Assembly (NCBI GenBank): GCA_014584695.1
Contig: JACTMI010000012.1
Coordinates: forward strand, 40,097-104,096
Length of the DNA stretch: 64,000 nucleotides
Direction: 5' to 3'
Source: Acidobacteriota bacterium
Lineage (GTDB): Bacteria; Acidobacteriota; Thermoanaerobaculia; Multivoradales; JAGPDF01
The notes under the pieces were generated by a model that worked only from the letters and a program-made list of their open reading frames with translations, did no database searches and was not told where the DNA came from. The stretch's first letter is position 1. Each line of letters opens with the position of its first letter. A program made the translations under genes and the position numbers. Below are positions 55,028-62,497 of the stretch, in pieces.

Positions 55028-57346
55028 ATGAGACAGCCCATCGCTGTTTCGACAATGGTGGCGTCTTCTCGACGAATTCCCGCCAGTGCCAGATCACGGT
55101 CGGCCGCAGCGGCGCCGCCGAAGGCCGCTGAATTCTCCGCGGTGGCGCTGGCGCTGACCCTGGTTTCGCCGGTCTGCGCGCAGCACTTCGCCACGGGCGC
55201 GATGGAGCAGGTCCCTGACGACGAGCGAAGTGGCTCTGTCGAGGTGGTGGCGTACGCCCCCTCGCCCATCGCCACTCGCCTGAGTCTGGACGGTGCAGTT
55301 GGAGTGCGGTCGATGCGTCTCGCAGCCGCCGCCGTGGAAGGCGAAAGGCAGCGCTACTCGCTCGAGTTTCGCAGTCTCGGTGTTCGGTACCTCAGAGCCG
55401 AGACCCCTGCGGAGCAAGGTCTGGAATTGCCGGCAGTACCGATCCGAGGTCGCGTGCTCCTGCCCCCGATCCCACGCGCGACCGCTTCGGTCGTCGAGCT
55501 TGCTTTCGACGAAGCGTGGCTCGGGGTCGGGGGTAACGGAATCCTCGCATCGTCTCTGGCTCGGGAAGGCGGGGACTCGTGTCGACCAGGTTGGTCGACC
55601 CTGCCGGTCTGGCACACGTTTTCGCTTCGTCCGACGGTCAGGATCGAGAGGGTGCCAGCCGCCCTCGAGCTGTGGTTCTTTCATCCAGCAACGGGAGCCA
55701 TCCGCCTCGGGCCGAATTTCGCGCTGCCCTCGGTCGATCCTCGACCGGCCACGATCCAAAGAGACTTCCAGCTCGTCTCGAGCGAACCAACCGAGAGCCT
55801 CCAAGGGGTGGTCACTTGGGGGAAACAGCGCGTTCCCATCGCCAGGGTGGGCGCTTCCGGTCGCTTCAGCGTGGTGGGGCCACCGGGCCCCTGGGAGCTT
55901 TCCGTCTTCACTTTCGATGGCAACGAGGTCTCGTGGACCACGAACGTAACCGAAGCCGCTCTCGACATCGTGACCGTCCCCCTCCCGGGGCGCGCTCGCC
56001 TTGCTGGCCAGCTTCTGACACCAGCGGGCGAGCCCGTGGGCGGGGCTTTGATCTGGAGAGCGGGTGAAGCCAACTGGCAAGTCGTGACGCGGCGAGATGG
56101 TTCCTTTGGACTGCGCGATCTGCCCACCCAGCGGTCGCTTCGCCTCTGCATCCAGCTCGAAAGCGGCCAGCTCTTCTCGCAGGAAGCAGAAGGCCTGCCG
56201 GCGGGTGTGAGCTCGCTTCAGATCGTGGTGCCGACCGAAGCGGCGACGCCGGCCCCGGAGCTGGCCTCGGTCTCCGGCCGAGCCGTCAACGAATCCGGAG
56301 AGCCTCTTTCGGGCATCAAACTCCGACTGGTGCGCGATCAGGGCTCCAGAGAAGTGATTCGAGCCATGGTGCGCCCGCGCTCCGGCTCCGCGTTGGCGAA
56401 CGCGACCAGTGATGTCTTGGGGGTCTTCGAGCTCTCGAGCGCACTGGAACCGGGACGCTACAGGGTCGTCGCTGATAGCTCTGATTACGCGCCGACGAGC
56501 TCGGAGCCGATCGAGATCTTTGCCCCGGGCGATCGTGTCGACCTCGGAGATCTCGTGCTGAAGCACGGGGCGGTAGTGCGTGGCAAGGTCTTGACGGCAC
56601 GAGGCGAACCGAGCCCAGGCATGAAAGTGACCGTTGCGGTCGGCGTCGACGGTGCCTGGCTCCAGCTGGCTTCGCATGCGATCACGTCGGAGCGAGGTGA
56701 GTTCGAGATCGACGGCATTCCGGAGAGCGTGGCGCTGGAGGTCAGGGCTGAGCGGGACGGAGGAGAGGCGGTCGCGAAGCGGCTATCCGAGACAGATGAT
56801 CCTCTAAACCTCACTCTCGTCCTGGGCCCCAGCAGATCGATCGCAGTGGTGGCGTGGGACTCGGACGGCTTGCCGGTCGAGGGCGCCGACGTCAGCTTGC
56901 GCTCGCCGACGGGGCGGGCGCGCGACGCGGCTCTTCCTGGGAGAATTTGGCGTGGCACGACCGACCCATCTGGAACGACTCGTCTGGAGGGTGTGGATTG
57001 CGGCCCGCAGAATCTGATCGCCGATGCCAAGGGGTTTCTGAGGTTCGCCGCGGAGCTTCCCGCATCGGAATGCTCCTCGAAAGCGAGCTCGCCCGTGATC
57101 GTCACGCTCGCACGTGGGGTGGAGATCTCGGGCCGCGTCTTGGCAGCTGACGGCTCGGCAGTGCCAGGCGCATGGGTGATGCTGGATGGAACCGGCGTGA
57201 CGACCGATCCGGCTGGCTGGTATCGGCTCCGTTGCGCCACTGGTGAGCTGGTTCGGCTGCGCTACAGCGACAATGGACGGGACTGGATCGCGATCGAGCT
57301 TGCGGTCGGCATGGAAGACGTGCGGCGGGACCTGATTCTGCCTTAG
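55028..57346 (+). CDS. Exported protein built from multiple carboxypeptidase-regulatory-like (CarboxypepD_reg) beta-sandwich domains, on a lower-GC island
   Basis: Recurrent modules are LAGQLLTPAGEPVGGALIW, VSGRAVNESGEPLSGIKLRLV, VRGKVLTARGEPSPGMKVTV and ISGRVLAADGSAVPGAWVML. The signal-like region is AEFSAVALALTLVSPVCAQ. The start is uncertain (ATG at 55028 or 55055); the track start at 54890 would translate the polypurine tract as KRKKRKRK. Confidence 0.7.
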   Translation: MRQPIAVSTMVASSRRIPASARSRSAAAAPPKAAEFSAVALALTLVSPVCAQHFATGAMEQVPDDERSGSVEVVAYAPSPIATRLSLDGAVGVRSMRLAAAAVEGERQRYSLEFRSLGVRYLRAETPAEQGLELPAVPIRGRVLLPPIPRATASVVELAFDEAWLGVGGNGILASSLAREGGDSCRPGWSTLPVWHTFSLRPTVRIERVPAALELWFFHPATGAIRLGPNFALPSVDPRPATIQRDFQLVSSEPTESLQGVVTWGKQRVPIARVGASGRFSVVGPPGPWELSVFTFDGNEVSWTTNVTEAALDIVTVPLPGRARLAGQLLTPAGEPVGGALIWRAGEANWQVVTRRDGSFGLRDLPTQRSLRLCIQLESGQLFSQEAEGLPAGVSSLQIVVPTEAATPAPELASVSGRAVNESGEPLSGIKLRLVRDQGSREVIRAMVRPRSGSALANATSDVLGVFELSSALEPGRYRVVADSSDYAPTSSEPIEIFAPGDRVDLGDLVLKHGAVVRGKVLTARGEPSPGMKVTVAVGVDGAWLQLASHAITSERGEFEIDGIPESVALEVRAERDGGEAVAKRLSETDDPLNLTLVLGPSRSIAVVAWDSDGLPVEGADVSLRSPTGRARDAALPGRIWRGTTDPSGTTRLEGVDCGPQNLIADAKGFLRFAAELPASECSSKASSPVIVTLARGVEISGRVLAADGSAVPGAWVMLDGTGVTTDPAGWYRLRCATGELVRLRYSDNGRDWIAIELAVGMEDVRRDLILP

Positions 57347-57418
57347 CCGCATCGGTCCGCGCGGCGTCGGGGCGGGCCGATCCTTCCGGCCCTCGGGCGA
57401 GCTAAGCTCGGGGTGCCG

Positions 57419-58756
57419 ATGAGCACCGATCCGAATCTGTTCGGCCGCCTCGCGGTCCACTACAAGCTGGTGAGCCCCGACCAGCTCGCCGAGGCGACCC
57501 GCCGGCAGGCCAAGGAGGAGGAGCCGCGGCCGCTCGGCGACTACCTGGTCGAGATGGGGCTGCTCACCCGGGCGCACGTCGAGAAGCTGCTCGCGGTGCA
57601 GCGCGACCTGGCGGCCAAGCAGGCCGCGGCGACGGCGGCGGCGCCCGCGCCGGTTCCGGCGGCCGCGCCACGCGTCGCGGCGCCGCCTCCGGAGCCGGCG
57701 GGCTCGGGCCGGCGGATCGACCGCATTCTCGACTTCGCCTTCCGCCAGGGCGCGAGCGATCTCCACCTGCGCGCCGACGAGCGCGTCCTGCTGCGCACCG
57801 GGGGGCGCCTGGCGGTGGCCGGCGACTCGCCGCTGCCGGCCGACCAGGTCCGCCGGCTCGCCGAGGAGCTGCTCGGCCCGGCGGCGCGCCTGCGGCTGGA
57901 GCGCGAGGGCCAGGTCGATTTCGCCTACAGCTTGGCCGGCGTGGCACGCTTCCGCGGCAACGCCTACCGCCACCAGCACGGGCTGGCGCTGGTGCTGCGG
58001 GCGATTCCGGCCGAGGTGCCGACGCTCGCCGACCTCGGCCTGCCCTCGACGCTCGCCAAACTGACCAACCACCACCAGGGGCTGGTGCTGCTCACCGGCC
58101 CGGCCGGCTGCGGCAAGAGCTCGACCCTGGCGGCGCTGGTGCGTCTCATCAACGAGGAGCGGCGCGATCACGTCGTCACCATCGAGGACCCAATCGAGTA
58201 CCTCCACCCGCCGCTGCGCTGCGTCGTCAACCAGCGCCAGGTCGGGCGGGACACGGCGAGCTTCTCGCGCGCCCTCAAGGCGGCGCTGCGCGAGGATCCC
58301 GACGTCATCGCGATCGGCGAGCTGCGGGACCTCGAGACCATCTCGCTGGCGCTCACCGCCGCCGAGACCGGGCACCTGGTGCTCGCCACCCTCCACACCG
58401 GCAACGCGGTGCGCACGATCGACCGGCTGGTGGGCGCGTTTCCGCCCATCCAGCAGGGGCAGGTGCGCGCCATGGTCTCGGAGTCGCTGCGCGCCGTGGT
58501 GTCGCAGCGGCTGGTCAATCGCGCCGACGGCCGGGGGCGCGTGCCGGCGCTCGAGGTGCTGCTCGGGACGCGCGCGGTCGCCAATCTGATCCGCGAGTCG
58601 AAGACCTTCCAGCTCCGCTCGCTGATGCAGACCGGCCTGGCGCAGGGGATGGCGCTGCTCGATCTCTCGCTGGCGCAGCTGGTGCGGGAGGGGACCGTCA
58701 GCCGCGAGGAGGCGCTCGTCCACGCCGAGGATCCGCGCGCGATTCCGGGAGCCTGA
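57419..58756 (+). CDS. PilT-family type IV pilus retraction-type ATPase with an N-terminal MshEN-like (T2SSE_N) domain
   Basis: The N-domain is LFGRLAVHYKLVSPDQLAEATRRQ ... PLGDYLVEMGLLTRAHVEKLLAVQ, followed by an Ala/Pro linker. The PilT core has DLHL, Walker A GPAGCGKSST, DPIEY, ALREDPDVIAIGELRD and TGHLVLATLHT. GTG at 57413 is an alternative start. Confidence 0.85.
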   Translation: MSTDPNLFGRLAVHYKLVSPDQLAEATRRQAKEEEPRPLGDYLVEMGLLTRAHVEKLLAVQRDLAAKQAAATAAAPAPVPAAAPRVAAPPPEPAGSGRRIDRILDFAFRQGASDLHLRADERVLLRTGGRLAVAGDSPLPADQVRRLAEELLGPAARLRLEREGQVDFAYSLAGVARFRGNAYRHQHGLALVLRAIPAEVPTLADLGLPSTLAKLTNHHQGLVLLTGPAGCGKSSTLAALVRLINEERRDHVVTIEDPIEYLHPPLRCVVNQRQVGRDTASFSRALKAALREDPDVIAIGELRDLETISLALTAAETGHLVLATLHTGNAVRTIDRLVGAFPPIQQGQVRAMVSESLRAVVSQRLVNRADGRGRVPALEVLLGTRAVANLIRESKTFQLRSLMQTGLAQGMALLDLSLAQLVREGTVSREEALVHAEDPRAIPGA

Positions 58757-58758
58757 CC

Positions 58759-59823
58759 ATGCCGCGCCTCCACGAGCTGCTCCGACACACCCGACAGCGG
58801 GAGGGTTCCGATCTCCACCTGGCGACCGGCATGGAGCCGCGCTGCCGGCGGCACGGTGCGCTCGAGCCGGTCCCGGGCTGGCCCGCCCTGCCCGCCGCGG
58901 AGCTCGAGAGCCTCCTGCGCGAAGTCGTCTCGGAGACCCAGTGGCGGGAGTTCACCGCCAGCGGCGACCTCGACTTCGCCCTCTCGCTCGCCGGCGTGGC
59001 GCGCTTCCGCGGCAACTTCCTGCGCCAGGAGCACGGCCCGTCGGCGGTCTTTCGGACGATTCCGGAGCGGATCGCGACCGCCGAGGAGCTGGGGCTGCCC
59101 GCCGCGGTGGCCAGGCTCGCCGAGCTCGCCACCGGGCTGGTGCTGGTGACCGGGCCGACCGGCTCGGGCAAGTCGACCACCCTTGCCGCCATCGTCGACC
59201 GCATCAACCGCGCCGCGGCGCGCCACATCGTGACCATCGAGGAGCCGGTCGAGTTCCTCCACGCGCCGGTCCGCTCGGTCTTCTCGCAGCGCGAGGTCGG
59301 CACCGACACGGACTCCTTCGCCGCCGCCCTGCGCGGGGCCATCCGCCAGGACGCCGACGTCGTCCTGGTCGGCGAGCTGCGCGATCTCGAGACGATCGCG
59401 CTGGCGCTGCGTGCCGCCGAGATGGGGATGCTGGTGTTCGGCACGCTCCACACCAACAGCGCCGCCAAGACCATCGACCGCCTGATCGACGCCTTTCCGG
59501 CCGAGGAGCAGGCGCAGGTGCGCATCTCGCTCTCGGAGTCACTCGCCGCGATCGTCGCTCAGCTGCTGCTGCCGAGGGCCGACGGCACCGGGCGGGTGGC
59601 GGCGATCGAGCTGCTGCTGCGCACCTCGGCGCTGCCCGGCATCATCCGCGAAGGCAATCTGCCGATGCTCCAGACCGTCATGCAAGGCGGCCGCGGGCTC
59701 GGCATGCAGCTGATGGACGACGCGCTCCAGGCGCTGCTCGACGCCGGCACGGTGAGCGCGCGCGAGGCCTACCTCAAGGCCCACGACAAGTCCCGCTTCG
59801 AGCGTCTGCTCGAGTCTGAGTAG
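58759..59823 (+). CDS. pilT: Type IV pilus twitching-motility ATPase PilT
   Basis: 354 aa. Motifs are GSDLHL, Walker A GPTGSGKSTT, EEPVEFLH, AIRQDADVVLVGELRD, GMLVFGTLHT and the C-terminal IIREGN. Confidence 0.9.
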   Translation: MPRLHELLRHTRQREGSDLHLATGMEPRCRRHGALEPVPGWPALPAAELESLLREVVSETQWREFTASGDLDFALSLAGVARFRGNFLRQEHGPSAVFRTIPERIATAEELGLPAAVARLAELATGLVLVTGPTGSGKSTTLAAIVDRINRAAARHIVTIEEPVEFLHAPVRSVFSQREVGTDTDSFAAALRGAIRQDADVVLVGELRDLETIALALRAAEMGMLVFGTLHTNSAAKTIDRLIDAFPAEEQAQVRISLSESLAAIVAQLLLPRADGTGRVAAIELLLRTSALPGIIREGNLPMLQTVMQGGRGLGMQLMDDALQALLDAGTVSAREAYLKAHDKSRFERLLESE

Positions 59824-59848
59824 CGCTGCCGCGCTCACCGCGCCGGCG

Positions 59849-61426
59849 TCAATCGTTCCAGTTGCCGACGCCGCCGCTCTCGAAGCCGTCCGCGAAGAGC
59901 GCGCCGTAGAGGAGCTGAACCGCCCCGGCGTCCGCGTGCGGTCCGCCGGCATCCGACACCGAGCGCCCCGGAATGCCGACCGCGAGGTCGCCGTGGCCAT
60001 CGCCGTCGAAATCGGCGATGGCGTGCGCCCAGCCCCAGAAATCCTGGGCTGCCGGTGCTGCGGCCGCGAAGCCGGCGCGGGCCTCCAGGAACTGCGCCCG
60101 CGCCGGGTCGACCAGGGCCGCGCCGCCGCCGAAGACGACCCAGGAGACGCCCCCGTTGTCGGCCGTCCGGTCGCGGAACGGCTCACCGATGACGAGCTCG
60201 TCACGGCCGTCACCGTCGAGATCGCCGGTCGCGAGCGAGTGGCCGAAGCTCGCGAAGGCCTGCGCGGCGAGCCCGAGCGTCGCGGCGGAGAGGTGTTGCG
60301 CCTGCGCCGGGCGCAGCCCCGAGCCGCTCGAGCCGGGCAGTAGGACGACGGCGCCGGCGCCCCCGGTCTGCGCGGTGAAGCCCTCGCCCGGGACTCCGAT
60401 CGCGAGATCCGCGAAGCCGTCGCCGTTGAAGTCACCGGCCGCGAGGCTCGCGCCCATCAGGTCCGCGGCCTCGGCGGCGCTCGCGGGCAGGTCGTCGCCA
60501 TCGAGGAAGAGCCGGGCGACGTCGCTCAGGCCCTGGCTCTCGCCGCGCAGGACGAGCACCTTGCCCGTGTCGAGGACGAAGGCGGGAAAGGTGAGATCGA
60601 AGTGCGAGATGCCGATGGCGAGGTCGTCGCGGCCGTCGCCGTCGAAGTCCCCGGCCGCCAGGGCGGTGCCGAAGCGGTCCTGCGCGGTGGGCAGCCCGGG
60701 GAGATTGCCCTCGCCGAGCGCGAACAGCTGATTGCGGCTGGCCGAGAGCCCGTTCGCCGATCCGTAGAGCACCTGCACGACCCCCGAGTTCTGGGCGAAG
60801 GACGACTCCCCGGGCACCCCGATCGCGAGGTCGTCGCGGCCATCGCCGTCGAAGTCCCCGACCGCGAGGGCCCAGCCGAAGGCGTCGTCGGCGTGCGCGG
60901 CGCCCAGGATGCCGGGCGAGTCCTGGTGAAACGGGGTCGACTCCCACGTGGTCGGAGAGACCTGATCCCAGATTCGCACGCGGCCCGCGCGGGCCCGGTT
61001 GCTGATCGTCGCGTCGGGCTCGCCGACCGCGATCTCGAGGTCACCGTCGCCGTCGAAGTCTCCGAGCGCGATGGCCGATCCCGCGGCCGCGGGCCCCGGC
61101 GCGCCGGAGAGGCTCACGCCGCGCACGACTCCGCGGCCGGGGAGGAAGTGAAAGAGGGTGACGCTGCCCGCAGCGGTGCCCGCGGCGCCGGCGGCGGGGT
61201 CGCTCCATCCCGGATCGCCGACCACCAGCTCGGGACGGCCGTCGCCGTCGAGGTCACCGGCGGCGAGCGCGAAACCGCTGAACACCGAGGACTGGAGCTG
61301 GGCGGAGCTCACCAGCAGGCGGTTGCCGACCTCGAACAGCTGCGCTCCGGAGGGAGCAGCGGCGAGGTGAAGAAGTAGCGTCGCCGCGAGCGGCGACAGC
61401 GGAGTGAAGCGATCTCGGGATGCCAT
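59849..61426 (-). CDS. Exported FG-GAP/VCBS repeat (integrin-alpha-like beta-propeller) protein
   Basis: The signal peptide is ...LAATLLLHLAAAPSGAQ. It has about 7 repeats of FG...GD(F/L)(D/N)GDG(R/H/F)x(D/E)L(A/V)(I/V)G. The C-terminal tail is ALFADGFESGGVGNWND. Confidence 0.85.
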   Translation of the reverse strand: MASRDRFTPLSPLAATLLLHLAAAPSGAQLFEVGNRLLVSSAQLQSSVFSGFALAAGDLDGDGRPELVVGDPGWSDPAAGAAGTAAGSVTLFHFLPGRGVVRGVSLSGAPGPAAAGSAIALGDFDGDGDLEIAVGEPDATISNRARAGRVRIWDQVSPTTWESTPFHQDSPGILGAAHADDAFGWALAVGDFDGDGRDDLAIGVPGESSFAQNSGVVQVLYGSANGLSASRNQLFALGEGNLPGLPTAQDRFGTALAAGDFDGDGRDDLAIGISHFDLTFPAFVLDTGKVLVLRGESQGLSDVARLFLDGDDLPASAAEAADLMGASLAAGDFNGDGFADLAIGVPGEGFTAQTGGAGAVVLLPGSSGSGLRPAQAQHLSAATLGLAAQAFASFGHSLATGDLDGDGRDELVIGEPFRDRTADNGGVSWVVFGGGAALVDPARAQFLEARAGFAAAAPAAQDFWGWAHAIADFDGDGHGDLAVGIPGRSVSDAGGPHADAGAVQLLYGALFADGFESGGVGNWND

Positions 61427-61644
61427 GAGCGAGACTCCTCGAAAGAGAGAGCGATGGGAGGGAGCGATCCGCGGCCGGGCCGGCGCTGCGCGAAGTGCGG
61501 ACCCGGAAGCGCCGGGACCGGCAACCGGACCGCGCTGCGTGCCGAAGGCATCTCATCAGCGCGAGAGCGAGCGGGCGACCCGCTCGAGCGAGGGCCGGGC
61601 GCTGACCTTGGTGTGGGGAGCGCCCGTTGGCGCTCAGAGAAGAG

Positions 61645-62463
61645 TCAGAGCGGGCGTCGCAGCTCGGCGTCGCGCCGCGTCAGGCGCGCGACCCAGAAGA
61701 GCGCCAGCGCGGCCGCCGCCACGGCGGTCGCCGCGCGCAGGGCATAGAACTCCGGCGCGCTCGCGGCGTAGGTGGCGGCGGGCGCCCAGGCGGCGAGGCG
61801 GTCGCCGAGCACCAGCGCCTCGAGGCCGGCGATGGCGCCGCGGAAGGTGCCCGACAGCAGCACGCCGGCCCGCCGGTAGAGCGCCACGGCGGCGATCTCC
61901 CGGGCGGCCAGACAGGTGAGCGCCGCCACGACGAAGGCGCGGTCGGCGAGGCGGAAGCCCGGCACCACGGCCGCCGCCGCGAGCGCCACGCCAGCCAGAA
62001 CCGCGGCGGCGGCGCCGGTCCGCGGCCGGCCGAGCGCCGCCCAGGCGGCGTAGAGCCGCGCCCGCAGCGCCCATTCGCTGCCGATCACGGCGACGAACAT
62101 CACCGCCGGCAGCGCCAGCACCCCGACGGCCAAGCGCAGCGGCGACAGCGCCGCGCCGGCCGGCGAGAAGCTGACCCAGCCGAGCGCGTGGCCGAGCCCG
62201 AGCGCGGCGCCGTCGATGAGGATCAGCGCCACCACCATCGGCGCATGGGGCAGCGTCGGCACCTGCACCTCGGCGCGGGCGCTGGGGCGCCGCCAGGGGC
62301 GGACCAGCGCCGTGCCGAGCGCCCCGGCGATGAGCGGCACCAGGAAGAGCGCGCCCCAGGCGGCGGGCCCGCGCAGGCTCGCAGGCACCGCGCCGGCGAG
62401 GAGGATCGCGACGATCCCCAGCGCGAGCAGGGCGGCGAAAAGAGAGAGCGGGGCGCGGCGCAC
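61645..62463 (-). CDS. Hypothetical polytopic (about 8 TM) membrane protein immediately downstream of the sorting-signal cytochrome
   Basis: The GTG start at 62463 (VRRAPLSLFAALLALGIVAILLAG...) avoids overlap with the upstream gene. The protein is Ala/Leu-rich and has one ExxxR element after TM4 (GSEWALRAR). I recognise no family motif. Confidence 0.5.
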   Translation of the reverse strand: MRRAPLSLFAALLALGIVAILLAGAVPASLRGPAAWGALFLVPLIAGALGTALVRPWRRPSARAEVQVPTLPHAPMVVALILIDGAALGLGHALGWVSFSPAGAALSPLRLAVGVLALPAVMFVAVIGSEWALRARLYAAWAALGRPRTGAAAAVLAGVALAAAAVVPGFRLADRAFVVAALTCLAAREIAAVALYRRAGVLLSGTFRGAIAGLEALVLGDRLAAWAPAATYAASAPEFYALRAATAVAAAALALFWVARLTRRDAELRRPL

Positions 62464-62497
62464 GGGCTTCGACGATCTCCGGCGGCGCGCCGCCGTG

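Noticed and set aside
55094-56677. 527-aa antisense ORF inside the lower-GC island.
   Set aside because: It shows no domain features. The sense strand shows repeated CarboxypepD_reg-like modules with regular spacing.
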